Origin: Treponemataceae bacterium
Lineage (GTDB): Bacteria > Spirochaetota > Spirochaetia > Treponematales > Treponemataceae
NCBI GenBank assembly: GCA_045599005.1
Contig: JAZRVF010000002.1
Coordinates: forward strand, 19,317-83,316
DNA: 64,000 nucleotides
Reading direction: 5' to 3'
Below are positions 28,973-37,803 of the stretch, one piece after another. The notes under the pieces are model-generated. The model was not told the DNA's origin. It was given only the letters and a program-made list of their open reading frames with translations, and did not search any database. The first letter of the stretch is position 1. Each line of letters starts with the position of its first letter. A program made the translations under genes and the position numbers.

Positions 28973-30259
28973 ATGACTGGAATAACATTTAAAGAAGTTG
29001 ATAAATCCTTTCTTGCCCTTTATGACACTGTCCCCATGAATGTGCATGTCCGCAGTGAATTCAGGGTTAGACAGCTTGATGATGGATTCGGCTTTGTCTT
29101 TGATGAAGTGCCTGTTGCTCCTTATGTGAGGGATTTTGCTGCCTGTGAGAAAGCCTGTGAATATGAATCCCGCTTTGACATAAAGAACTGGCGTTTTTAC
29201 ATGGCTTTCCGCGGTGACAGGCCTGTAGGCGCAATGACTGTTGCGGGTTTCACTCCCGGAATGAACATGCTTGGCGGAAGAGAGAAGTCCTGTGTTCTCT
29301 GGGATTTACGTGTTGATGACGAGTGCAGACATCAGGGAATAGGGCAGGGACTTTTTGACATGGGTGTGGCCGGGGCAAGGCAGGACGGTTACGAAGTGAT
29401 GATAATCGAGTGTCAGAACATAAATGTGACTGCATGCAGATTTTACCGGAAACAGGGCGCCGTGCTCACAAAAGTTGATATGTTCGCCTATGTCACCGAG
29501 CCGGAGTGGAAAAACGACATCCAGTTTGTCATGAGCCTGGATCTGAGGAATAAAGCCACAGAGCCCGGCAGAAAAATCAGGGCAGTTGTTTTTGACATGT
29601 ACGAAACTCTGGTGACAATGACGAAAAGTCAGACTTACAAGGGAAAAAACATTGCAGAAGACATTGGCATTTCCGAAGCAAAGTTCAGGGAAGTGTGGGA
29701 TCCTTCGGAAAACCTGCGGACTCTTGGAAAAATGACTTTTGAAGCCACAATCGAGAAGGTTTTGAGAGCCAATGATCTTTTTTCCAGGGAACTTCTGGAG
29801 AAGGTTGTGTCAAAGAGGATTGATTCCCAGAAATGGCCTTTTGAGACAGTGGATTCCCGGATCATTCCGATGCTGAAGGGGCTTGAGTCAATGGGGATAA
29901 AGGTGGCCCTTGTCTCAAACTGTTATCCTGAGGAGCGGGATGTGATCAGACAGAGCGGATTGTGGAAGTATTTTGATGCAGCCTGTCTTTCCTGCGAACT
30001 GGGGATTAAAAAACCGGACCCGCGGATTTTCGAAAAGTGTCTTGAACTGCTGCAGCTTGATCCCGGCCAGTGTCTGTATGTCGGTGACGGTGGCAGTATG
30101 GAACTTGAGGCTGCCCGGGATGCAGGGATGCAGGTCTGTCAGGCCGCCTGGTACCTCCGCGAAGGAACTGACCAGCCCGTTGGCCGGAAGCCGGAGTTCA
30201 GACAGCTGGATGATCCCATGGACGTGTTTGATGAAGTGAGTGGCGTGACGGGATGGTAG
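28973..30259 (+). CDS. Fusion protein: N-terminal GNAT acetyltransferase + C-terminal HAD-IA hydrolase
   Basis: GNAT motif A HQGIGQGLF…RFYRKQGA (aa ~120-170). HAD motifs VVFDMYETLV (I), LVSNC (II), IKKPDPRIF (III), YVGDGGSMELEAARDAGM (IV). Confidence 0.75.
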   Translation: MTGITFKEVDKSFLALYDTVPMNVHVRSEFRVRQLDDGFGFVFDEVPVAPYVRDFAACEKACEYESRFDIKNWRFYMAFRGDRPVGAMTVAGFTPGMNMLGGREKSCVLWDLRVDDECRHQGIGQGLFDMGVAGARQDGYEVMIIECQNINVTACRFYRKQGAVLTKVDMFAYVTEPEWKNDIQFVMSLDLRNKATEPGRKIRAVVFDMYETLVTMTKSQTYKGKNIAEDIGISEAKFREVWDPSENLRTLGKMTFEATIEKVLRANDLFSRELLEKVVSKRIDSQKWPFETVDSRIIPMLKGLESMGIKVALVSNCYPEERDVIRQSGLWKYFDAACLSCELGIKKPDPRIFEKCLELLQLDPGQCLYVGDGGSMELEAARDAGMQVCQAAWYLREGTDQPVGRKPEFRQLDDPMDVFDEVSGVTGW

Positions 30260-30265
30260 GAGTGT

Positions 30266-30826
30266 CTACCCCCTGAAACGCAGGCCGGCAACTCTTGGCA
30301 GGTTGAATCTTTGGATGATCACAAAGGGAATGTGGCTCATGGCGCAAAGCAGTGAGAGCAGGATCAGGATGGGCCAGTGTCCGGAATATTTTCCCAGAAT
30401 CAGGGGGAGAAAACTCAGGAAAAACAGGAGCAGATGGACGTTTTCGGACTGGATCATCACTTTTATCAGTTTTTCTTTTGAATCACCATTGACCGAAAAC
30501 ATTTTTGAATCGTATGTGGGGAATCTGTCCTTCCACTGTTTAACCTTGATTTTCTTGTAGAGATTTTTTTCCCATTCATACTGGCTGAACCAGAAACTCA
30601 GTCTGTTCTTGTAGGCAATCACGCTGAGAAGAACAGCAAATGGAGGAGTCAGATGGAAAATAATCAGTTCTGCAGCAACAAACATAAAAAGCCAGTGCCT
30701 GAAAATGATTGCGCCGGCTATGCTTGATGCCATGATCAGCACCAGGAGGAGCGGCACCAGATTTTTCCGCCTCAGCCACCAGTCTGCTTCCGATTCCTTC
30801 ACGGCTGTCATCTGTTGATAAACCAA
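30266..30826 (-). CDS. Membrane protein, possibly glycosyl-4,4'-diaponeurosporenoate acyltransferase-like
   Basis: 186 aa with about 4 TM helices. …KQWKDRFPTYD…SENVHLLLF…IIQRFNLPRV loosely recalls the CrtO-type acyltransferase family. The functional call is weak. Confidence 0.4.
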   Translation of the reverse strand: MVYQQMTAVKESEADWWLRRKNLVPLLLVLIMASSIAGAIIFRHWLFMFVAAELIIFHLTPPFAVLLSVIAYKNRLSFWFSQYEWEKNLYKKIKVKQWKDRFPTYDSKMFSVNGDSKEKLIKVMIQSENVHLLLFFLSFLPLILGKYSGHWPILILLSLLCAMSHIPFVIIQRFNLPRVAGLRFRG

Positions 30827-31269
30827 AGTCCCACAAGACAGATTGCGACTCCAAGAACTTTGCTCCAGTTTATAACTTCGTGGTACATGAAAAAACCGAG
30901 GAACAGTAGACCGATCGCAAGAAAGGCGTTTGTCACTGTGGCCAGGGTGCTGACTTTCCAGCCGGCTTTGTAAGCGTAGATAAATCCCACTTCAAGTCCG
31001 GTGATGACAACTCCAAGGACAACAGTCGCCCAGTTAGAAAGCTTGAATTCCCGCAGAATGTTTCCGCCTCTGTTTGTGATAAAAAACATGAGCGCGGAAA
31101 ACAAAGTGGCGACTGCATAGGTCACAGTCATTGATGCATAGGTGTTCATCTGCTCGGGAATGCCTTTAGCGCAGATCTGATAGACAATGTTTGAGAGAAC
31201 GATGATTGCCAGGGGCCAGATATAATTGAACATGTAATGATTATATTTTATTGGGCCGATGATAGACAA
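30808..31269 (-). CDS. EamA/DMT-superfamily small transporter (single EamA domain)
   Basis: About 5 TM helices ending …GVAICLVGLWFINR. The start may be the internal Met (MFNYIWPL, about 31233). Overlaps the downstream gene by 19 nt. Confidence 0.6.
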   Translation of the reverse strand: MSIIGPIKYNHYMFNYIWPLAIIVLSNIVYQICAKGIPEQMNTYASMTVTYAVATLFSALMFFITNRGGNILREFKLSNWATVVLGVVITGLEVGFIYAYKAGWKVSTLATVTNAFLAIGLLFLGFFMYHEVINWSKVLGVAICLVGLWFINR

Positions 31270-31349
31270 CTGTTTCCTGAATTATTCCGTAGCCTGGTTC
31301 TTTCTTTGATTTGTTGATTTTAATATACAGTTCGGTATGTTTAATTTTG

Positions 31350-31378
31350 TTGACAATATTCTTCTGTTGAAATATACT
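31350..31378 (+). promoter_or_regulatory. Near-consensus sigma70-type promoter of the XRE gene
   Basis: TTGACA (31350-31355), a 17-nt spacer, TATACT (31373-31378), 20 nt upstream of ATG 31398. Confidence 0.5.
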
Positions 31379-31397
31379 ATACATAAGTGAGGTTAAA

Positions 31398-31847
31398 ATG
31401 AACAGAACTTTGAAGTATTTACGGGAAAAGAATCATTTTACGCAGACGGATCTGGCTGATTTTCTGGGAATTTCGCGTCAGATGTATATAAAGTATGAGA
31501 GCGGGGATGTTGATCCTCCTGTCTTTGTGATTAAGAAACTGAGTGAGAAGTACGGTGTTCCTTATGACGTGATCATGGATGACAAGCACGGACATAAAGA
31601 GGTTGAGTATAAGATAAAACCTGAGCCAGAACTGAAGGTTGCTTCACCAGGTCCGGCTTATATCGCTTCGAATAATTATTCTATGGCTTATGAATTTGCA
31701 AGTAAGCTTAAATATGATGAGCTTTTTAAACTGTTGAGTGCAATTGTAAGATTTATGGAAGAAAAAAAGGAAAAACCGCAGATAAAAAAAATGAGTAAGG
31801 ATGAAAGTCTTGCCATTTTAAATAAAATCAGTGGATGTATAAAATAG
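31398..31847 (+). CDS. XRE-family helix-turn-helix protein (antitoxin-like)
   Basis: LKYLREKNHFTQTDLADFLGISRQMYIKYESG is an HTH_3 motif; 149 aa with a charged C-terminal half. Confidence 0.8.
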   Translation: MNRTLKYLREKNHFTQTDLADFLGISRQMYIKYESGDVDPPVFVIKKLSEKYGVPYDVIMDDKHGHKEVEYKIKPEPELKVASPGPAYIASNNYSMAYEFASKLKYDELFKLLSAIVRFMEEKKEKPQIKKMSKDESLAILNKISGCIK

Positions 31848-32202
31848 GTTTCTGCGTGATCTGTTTGATGATGTAATCCATGGAAAATTAAAAGGTTTTG
31901 TATCCGGTCATTCTCTTACAGATTTTTTCTACATAACAAGGAAGGAGATATCAAAAGAAGACAGGAAGCAGTTTCTGCTTATGATTGCGAATAATTTCAC
32001 TATTCTTACTGAACCCAATGACGTGTTTCTGTCAGTTTTATCGGACTCAGTTTTTTTTGATCTGGAGGATGGACTCCAGATACAATGTGCAGAAGATGCT
32101 GTCCTTGATTATATTGTGACTGAGAATATTGATCATTTTAGGTTTTCCAAGATTAAGGCTCTTACAGCAGCGGAGTTTAATGCAGTTTATGAAAGCCTGT
32201 GA
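31843..32202 (+). pseudogene. N-terminally truncated PIN-domain (VapC-like) toxin remnant
   Basis: The frame is open from 31843 (stop at 31840-31842) and reads …FLRDLFDDVIHGKLKGFVSGHSLTDFFYITRK…FFDLEDGLQIQCAEDAVLDYIVTENIDHF…. This matches the middle and C-terminal part of small PIN proteins, but the first ~20 aa (with the first catalytic Asp, xxDTNVxxD) and a start codon are missing. The first ATG is at 31981. Confidence 0.5.
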
Positions 32203-32215
32203 TTCCTTTTGAAGA

Positions 32216-32872
32216 TCAGTCAAACCTCAGGATATAGGTTTGGGCTTTGAATGTTGCCGAGCCGTCAAACTTTGTGTATTCAGTGTCCTCAAGGAATGTC
32301 ATGCCAAGTTTTTCCATTACACGGCGGCTTCCGATATTGTCTACTGCGAAAGTTCCTGCAAGGGCCGGAATGTTCCTGGTTTTACGGGCATAGTCAATGA
32401 TCTTGGTGATTGCCTCTGTTGTGATTCCCTTGTTCCACATGTCACTGCGGATGTTGTAGCCGATGCTCCATACTTCAGTTTCGGGATGATGGGAGTGATA
32501 GACACCGCCGCTGCCGATAAGTTCACCGGTTTCTTTCCAGACAAAGCCGTATTCCAGATCCTCAGGGTTTGTGTAAAGGGAATTGATCCAGTCTACACCT
32601 TCGGCAGGACTTCTGTACTTTGTATAAAGCATGAAACGGGCAGTTTTTTCGTCCCCTGTCCATCTGTATACTGCGAGTACATCATCAAAAACTAAAGGAC
32701 GGAGGATAAGGCGCTCCGTTTCCAGAATAGGAGTTGCCTCAATGTAAGGATGATCTGTAAGAGCGTAGCAGATCCAGTCGGTGAGGCCCCGGGGCAGGCG
32801 TTCATCCATAGGGGTGCCGTCATCAAACAGAAGGTTGCAGTGCATAGGGTTTACAAGACAGTGCTGGCCCAT
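32216..32872 (-). CDS. GNAT family N-acetyltransferase (RimJ/RimL-like)
   Basis: …ETERLILRPLVFDDVLAVYRW… and …NKGITTEAITKIIDYA…DNIGSRRVMEKLGM… are typical Acetyltransf_3 features, with a ~50-aa N-terminal extension. Confidence 0.75.
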   Translation of the reverse strand: MGQHCLVNPMHCNLLFDDGTPMDERLPRGLTDWICYALTDHPYIEATPILETERLILRPLVFDDVLAVYRWTGDEKTARFMLYTKYRSPAEGVDWINSLYTNPEDLEYGFVWKETGELIGSGGVYHSHHPETEVWSIGYNIRSDMWNKGITTEAITKIIDYARKTRNIPALAGTFAVDNIGSRRVMEKLGMTFLEDTEYTKFDGSATFKAQTYILRFD

Positions 32873-32899
32873 TTCTGTTCCAAAGTTGATGGATGCGAT

Positions 32900-33649
32900 T
32901 CATCTGTCACCGTTGCAGACCCAGTCCGGAGTATATATGAAACAGTGCTTCATTCTGTTCAGGCGGGGCAGACGGGGAACAATCTTTCCCTCATAATCGT
33001 TGAATTCATCCCGTTTTCCCATTGCAAGGAAAAGGTGGACGTTGTTTTTGTCCCAGGTGTCAATCACTGAATCTTCCGGCAGATCATCTGACCCGACTGG
33101 AATAAGAACGTTGAAGAAATCAGGATACTTTTCGCCCATATAATAAGTCATATAGGCGCCGGCAGAATTTCCCCAGAGCAGTTTTTTGCTTACGCCACCG
33201 TTGGCTTCAGTGTGCTTTCTGATAAACTCACAGATCAGACTGTAGAGAGGCTCCTGGTATTCCGGTCCCCATGAGTCAACCACTTCGCCGTCAGCGTTGC
33301 GTTTCTCGTTGGCCAGTGGAACAAGAACATAAGCGCCGCCCAAAGCCTTCTGGTATTTCTCTGTGGCAAAGAATTCTGCTCCCGCGTAGTTTATGCAGAC
33401 ATCACCTTCCAACGCATTTGTGTACCCGTGGAGGAAAATCAGAACCGGGTAGGCCTTGCCCTTTTCAAACCCCTTTTCTGTGGGATCAAAAAAGTAATAC
33501 TTCATGTCTGCGTCCGCAGAAAAATCTTCCTTAAAAAGATTAAAATATTCGCCGACCTTGTAAGTCGGTCCGTAAGAGATAAATGCACCTTCAGGTATAT
33601 CCTTTGCCCATGGTGGAGTCGGTCTTGTTTCTTCCATAAGTTCTGCCAT
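32900..33649 (-). CDS. Alpha/beta hydrolase (esterase-like)
   Basis: …PVLIFLHGYTN… and the nucleophile elbow LWGNSAGAYM (GxSxG); 249 aa. Confidence 0.6.
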   Translation of the reverse strand: MAELMEETRPTPPWAKDIPEGAFISYGPTYKVGEYFNLFKEDFSADADMKYYFFDPTEKGFEKGKAYPVLIFLHGYTNALEGDVCINYAGAEFFATEKYQKALGGAYVLVPLANEKRNADGEVVDSWGPEYQEPLYSLICEFIRKHTEANGGVSKKLLWGNSAGAYMTYYMGEKYPDFFNVLIPVGSDDLPEDSVIDTWDKNNVHLFLAMGKRDEFNDYEGKIVPRLPRLNRMKHCFIYTPDWVCNGDR

Positions 33650-33678
33650 TGTCTGTCCTCAGATCAGTCTGTTTTCTT

Positions 33679-34002
33679 TCAATCTACACCAAAATCAGTT
33701 TTTAATCTCCATCTGTTGGACTGAAGACTGAGCATGTCTACCTGCTCTTTCTCTTCGGCATCCTCAGTAAGACAGACCAGATCCAGGTCCTTGGGCATTG
33801 ATATAATGTGTTTAAGAACCGCGCAGTCCTTATAGTTGTGGTGGTCACTTATTCTGTCCACAAAAGATTTGTCGATCTTGATTGTGTCCGGCGCACTTTC
33901 CGTAGGCGTCACGAAGCCTGAGACTTTTCCGCTGCTTTCTGACAGAGTGTTGTTTGGAGGTGATTTCTGATTTATAATGAGGAAAGCACTCATGCAGGGC
34001 AA
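33679..34002 (-). pseudogene. Possible remnant of an EAL-domain (c-di-GMP phosphodiesterase) gene
   Basis: The 107-aa ORF contains DTIKIDKSFVDRI (the EAL-domain DxxKIDxxFV box). …LVCLTEDAEEKEQVDML sits where (A)EGVET-x-x-Q is expected. There is no N-terminal EAL half. Confidence 0.3.
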
Positions 34003-34016
34003 AAAAGGAGTTTTAT

Positions 34017-34409
34017 ATGAACAGGATTGTAGAAGCTGTAAAAGAGAACGGGGTTTATTTCATCGCCACAACTGACGGCACAAAAGCACAGGTCCGTCCC
34101 TTCGGAACCATCGAGGAGATTGACGGTGTTATTTACATTCAGACAGGCAATCAGAAAGAATGCTTTAAACAGATGATGAGCCATCCACAGATCCAGATCT
34201 CATCAATGGGGAAAGACGGTTCATGGATCCGACTTGACGCCACCGCTGAACATGTGGACAGTCTTGAGATAAGGGAAAAATTCCTTGAGCTGGAACCGAA
34301 TCTTAAGGCAATGTACTCAGCGGATGACGGAAAATGTGCTGTAGTCGCACTGAGGAATCCAGTCTGCATGAAGTATTCATTCACCGGAGCACCGGTGGAA
34401 ATCAAATAA
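34017..34409 (+). CDS. Pyridoxamine 5'-phosphate oxidase-like FMN-binding family protein
   Basis: 130 aa; …NGVYFIATTDGTKAQVRPFG…IYIQTGNQKECFKQMMSHPQIQIS… is the typical split-barrel PNPOx-like pattern. Confidence 0.55.
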   Translation: MNRIVEAVKENGVYFIATTDGTKAQVRPFGTIEEIDGVIYIQTGNQKECFKQMMSHPQIQISSMGKDGSWIRLDATAEHVDSLEIREKFLELEPNLKAMYSADDGKCAVVALRNPVCMKYSFTGAPVEIK

Positions 34410-34473
34410 AAAACGAGATTATCCCCTTAGGGACAGAAAAGGGATATTTCCGATAAAAAATCCAGATTATGCA

Positions 34474-34505
34474 GGGAATCTCTGACTTCAATGCCGGAGA
34501 TTCCC
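34474..34505. terminator. Stem-loop between convergent genes (possible bidirectional terminator)
   Basis: A perfect 9-bp stem, GGGAATCTC (34474-34482) with GAGATTCCC (34497-34505), and T-rich sequence nearby on both strands. Confidence 0.4.
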
Positions 34506-34511
34506 GGTCCC

Positions 34512-34961
34512 TCAGTTTTCTGTTTTTTCCTTTTTCTGGGTATCAATGCTGTTCCCGAAGACAACGAAACGGTCATAAAGATATTCCAGTACAAAGTTGC
34601 AGATCATGTTGATGACGGTGACAAGAAAATCGTTGAGACCGACTGTCTCAGCAAGGTAGTTTCCGGCGATTGTTGACAGAGGTGTGAATACCAGATAGAA
34701 GCCTGCCACTTTCAGCATGGCAAGCGGCACATTGTTCGCGGATTTGAAGGTGAATCTTCGGTTAAGTGTGAAGTTCCAGACCACTGATGCGATAAGCGCG
34801 ATAAGGTAGCAGGGCCAGTAAGACCAGTCCGTGACCAGCTCCAGCAGTGCAAAAACCCCCATCTCGATGATTCCCGCAGAAACTGAGAAAAGTGTGAATT
34901 TGACTGCGCGGATCACTTCCTTCTGTTTTTCATTCAATGATAAAGATTTGTGTAATCCCAT
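34512..34961 (-). CDS. GtrA family membrane protein
   Basis: …VKFTLFSVSAGIIEMGVFALL… and …VVWNFTLNRRFTFKS… are the GtrA-like hallmarks; 4 TM helices. Confidence 0.8.
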   Translation of the reverse strand: MGLHKSLSLNEKQKEVIRAVKFTLFSVSAGIIEMGVFALLELVTDWSYWPCYLIALIASVVWNFTLNRRFTFKSANNVPLAMLKVAGFYLVFTPLSTIAGNYLAETVGLNDFLVTVINMICNFVLEYLYDRFVVFGNSIDTQKKEKTEN

Positions 34962-35000
34962 TTTTCTGTTTCCTTTCCGATTCTGTCCAGTTTGACTGCC

Positions 35001-35555
35001 TTACTCATACCTTGCCCGTTCGCCGCCGATCAGCTTCGGGCGGGTGTAGGCGGCAGTGACGTATGCATTTCCGATGTGGCAGTCTTTAAGCCTGAAAGGA
35101 ACAGCCACATCTTTCAGGTGCATTCCGATAAGAGTGCTCCCGATGTCCAGGCCGGCATGTGCTTTTATGTGCTCCACAACTGCGGGGCATTCAAAGCCGT
35201 GGTAAGCCGCTGTCGCAAAGGAACCGCCACCCTTGAGCCAGGGAACCACGGAAACAGCCTCATAATTGTATTTTTCCGCACATTCCCTTGAGATGACAAG
35301 AGCACGGTTCAGGTGTTCACAGCACTGTGCGGCAAGAAATATCCCGTTTCTGTCACAGGTCCGCTTTGCAGCTTTGAAAACCGCTTCCCCGATCTCGGCG
35401 CTTGAGGCGTGGCCGATCAGTCCGCCGCCTATTTCGCTTGAAGAACAGCCGATCACAAAAACAGAACCCTGTGCAAGAGGGTGGGCATCAATCACCTGCT
35501 GGACAGCATTCTCAACCTGGCATTCAATTGTGTGCAGATCAATGGTTTTTTCCAT
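35001..35555 (-). CDS. TIGR01440/UPF0340 family protein (YwlG-like)
   Basis: …GSVFVIGCSSSEIGGGLIGHASSAEIGEAV… and a length of 184 aa match the family as I recall it. Confidence 0.6.
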   Translation of the reverse strand: MEKTIDLHTIECQVENAVQQVIDAHPLAQGSVFVIGCSSSEIGGGLIGHASSAEIGEAVFKAAKRTCDRNGIFLAAQCCEHLNRALVISRECAEKYNYEAVSVVPWLKGGGSFATAAYHGFECPAVVEHIKAHAGLDIGSTLIGMHLKDVAVPFRLKDCHIGNAYVTAAYTRPKLIGGERARYE

Positions 35556-35829
35556 AAGTAATAAAATTTCTCCCGGATAACCTGAATTATATGATCACAG
35601 TTTACAGGACTTTTTGTCTTGTTGAAAGGGTGGAGAAGGGATGTCGGAAAAGTGCAAAGATCAGTACAGAAAAATACAAACCATACTGAAGATTTTTCCT
35701 CTTTTTGTCCAAAAAACTTTGATTTTAGGTGAAAATCCCTAAAAAAAACTTAAAATGTCGGAATTGTGCAATAAAAAAACGGCATTTTCTTTTTGACTTC
35801 GTATAATCTGACAATCGAGGTTACAACTT

Positions 35830-36780
35830 ATGGAGAAACAAACCAAACTTGCAAACAAGCATCTGTGGCGTGAGATCAAACGTCACGGCTCAATCTATGC
35901 AATTCTGCTGATTCCCGTTGTGTATTATGTTATTTTCAAATACTTTCCCATTTGGAACGGACAGATTGCATTCAAAGACTTCAAAGCACGCAATGGTGTA
36001 ATGGACAGTCCCTGGGCATCAACAAAAGGAGCCCTTGACCTGTTCAAATACTTCAAGACATTCGTGAATGCCTATTACTTCAAACAACTTATCCGCAACA
36101 CACTTATGTACAGTTTCGGAAAACTGCTTGTAAGTGTTCCTCTTTCAATCATTCTCGCTGTCGTCCTGTATGAGAGCCGCCGTAAATATCTGCGCCCCAT
36201 TGTACAGACACTGGCTTATCTGCCCCACTTCCTTTCATGGGTTATTGTTTACGGTGTTCTTCTTTCACTTTTTGCACCCGGTGACGGTGTTGTGAACGAC
36301 ATCATCAAAGCATTCGGTGGCGAACCGGTCAACTTCATGACTGATACAAAAGTGTTCCCCTGGATCGTAATTTTCTCTGACGCTTGGAAGGAGATGGGAT
36401 GGTCAGCGATCATCTTCATCGCAGCCCTTATGGCAATCGATCCGTCCCTTTACGAAGCCGCAATGGTTGAAGGTGCAACCGCATGGCAGCGCACACTCAA
36501 CATCACACTGCCTTCAATCCTTCCCGTTATCGCAACTGTTGTCCTGCTCCGTCTTGGTACGATTCTTGATGCCGGATTCAACCAGATGTACATGCTTTAT
36601 TCAATTCCGGTCTACGAGGTGGCGGACATCATTGATACCTGGGTTTACAGGCAGGGTCTGCTGGAGTTCAATTACTCCCTTGCGACGGCCGCCGGTATTT
36701 TCAAAGGTGTTATCGGTATGTGTCTGGTACTTTTCTCCAACAAACTGGTTTCCAGAATTTCTGATTCATCACTGCTGTAG
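35830..36780 (+). CDS. Carbohydrate ABC transporter permease (LplB-like)
   Basis: 316 aa with 6 TM helices and an EAA-like loop …AAMVEGATAWQRTLNITLP…. Confidence 0.85.
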   Translation: MEKQTKLANKHLWREIKRHGSIYAILLIPVVYYVIFKYFPIWNGQIAFKDFKARNGVMDSPWASTKGALDLFKYFKTFVNAYYFKQLIRNTLMYSFGKLLVSVPLSIILAVVLYESRRKYLRPIVQTLAYLPHFLSWVIVYGVLLSLFAPGDGVVNDIIKAFGGEPVNFMTDTKVFPWIVIFSDAWKEMGWSAIIFIAALMAIDPSLYEAAMVEGATAWQRTLNITLPSILPVIATVVLLRLGTILDAGFNQMYMLYSIPVYEVADIIDTWVYRQGLLEFNYSLATAAGIFKGVIGMCLVLFSNKLVSRISDSSLL

Positions 36781-36800
36781 GATTTGAGGAGATATTGATT

Positions 36801-37712
36801 ATGGCTAAAGAAAAACAGAACAAAGCACCTGTTTCAACTATCAAAGTTCCTGCTTCAGACAAAGCATTCTATGCAGTCCTTGACGTATTCCTTGTGATCG
36901 TTCTGATTGCTGTGATTATTCCCCTGTGGAGTACAATCACTCTTTCATTCCGGCCGTCAACATACATCGGAACCAATCTGGAAGGCATGTTCCTTCCTTT
37001 CTGGAACTGGTCAACGGCGGCATACAAGACACTGCTGGGCAACAACGGATTCATCCTGGCTTTTACAAACAGCTTCAAGATCCTGATTTTCGGTGTGGCT
37101 TCAGCTCTGATCCTTACAGTTCCCATGGCTTACGGTCTTTCAGTAAAAACCTTGCCCGGACGTAAGTTCCTCAACGTTTTTGTGCTGATTCCCTATCTGT
37201 TCAACGTCGGTATGATTCCTTCCTACCTTGTTGTAAGAAGCCTGGGTCTTACTGACCACCTGGCGGCAGTCTTCATTCCCGGTGCAATCAGTACATACAA
37301 CTGTATCATCATGCGCGGTTTCTTTGAGGGAATCCCCGGAGAACTCAAGGAATCAGCACGTATTGACGGAGCACCTGAGTGGATGGTTCTTATCCGCATC
37401 ATTCTGCCCCTTTCAAAACCGATTCTCATGACAATCGGTCTCTATTACGGTGTGTCCTTCTGGAACGACTTCTTCCACGCCATGCTGTATCTGAACAAAA
37501 GCACACTGCAGCCACTGCCAATCCTTCTGCGCAATATTCTGCTGGGTGCAAGCCTGAACGAAAACCTTGATGTGAACGCCTTCGGTGAGGCACCGATCTC
37601 CGCAATCAAGGCAGCAAGCGTATTCATGTCGGCAATCCCCATGATCATCGCTTATCCGTTCATCCAAAAGTACTTTACCAAGGGAACTCTCCTTGGAAGT
37701 GTTAAAGGCTGA
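36801..37712 (+). CDS. Carbohydrate ABC transporter permease (LplC-like)
   Basis: The ORF track starts at TTG 36795. ATG 36801 follows a GAGGAG RBS. The EAA loop is …ESARIDGAPEWMVLIRIILP…. Confidence 0.85.
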   Translation: MAKEKQNKAPVSTIKVPASDKAFYAVLDVFLVIVLIAVIIPLWSTITLSFRPSTYIGTNLEGMFLPFWNWSTAAYKTLLGNNGFILAFTNSFKILIFGVASALILTVPMAYGLSVKTLPGRKFLNVFVLIPYLFNVGMIPSYLVVRSLGLTDHLAAVFIPGAISTYNCIIMRGFFEGIPGELKESARIDGAPEWMVLIRIILPLSKPILMTIGLYYGVSFWNDFFHAMLYLNKSTLQPLPILLRNILLGASLNENLDVNAFGEAPISAIKAASVFMSAIPMIIAYPFIQKYFTKGTLLGSVKG

Positions 37713-37725
37713 TTTCATCAGTCCC

Positions 37726-37781
37726 GGACCGGTTCTCCGGTCCATATCACATTGTTTCAAGCAGCCGTCTGACTGCGGCTG
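37726..37781 (+). other. Two intercistronic stem-loops between permease and binding-protein genes
   Basis: GGACCGG-TTCT-CCGGTCC (37726-37743) and CAGCCG-N8-CGGCTG (37762-37781). Neither is followed by a T-run. Confidence 0.35.
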
Positions 37782-37803
37782 TTACGCCAAATAGGAGGAA
37801 TAT

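Noticed and set aside
35640-35741. 33-codon ORF (MSEKCKDQYRKIQTILKIFPLFVQKTLILGENP) with a GGAGAAGGG SD-like element in the intergenic region before the sugar ABC operon
   Set aside because: It is too short and featureless to support from sequence alone. It is noted only as a candidate small or leader peptide.
35793-35807. TTGACT and TATAAT hexamers upstream of the sugar ABC operon
   Set aside because: They are separated by only 3 nt, so they cannot form one -35/-10 pair. TATAAT alone may be a -10, but I could not find a matching -35.
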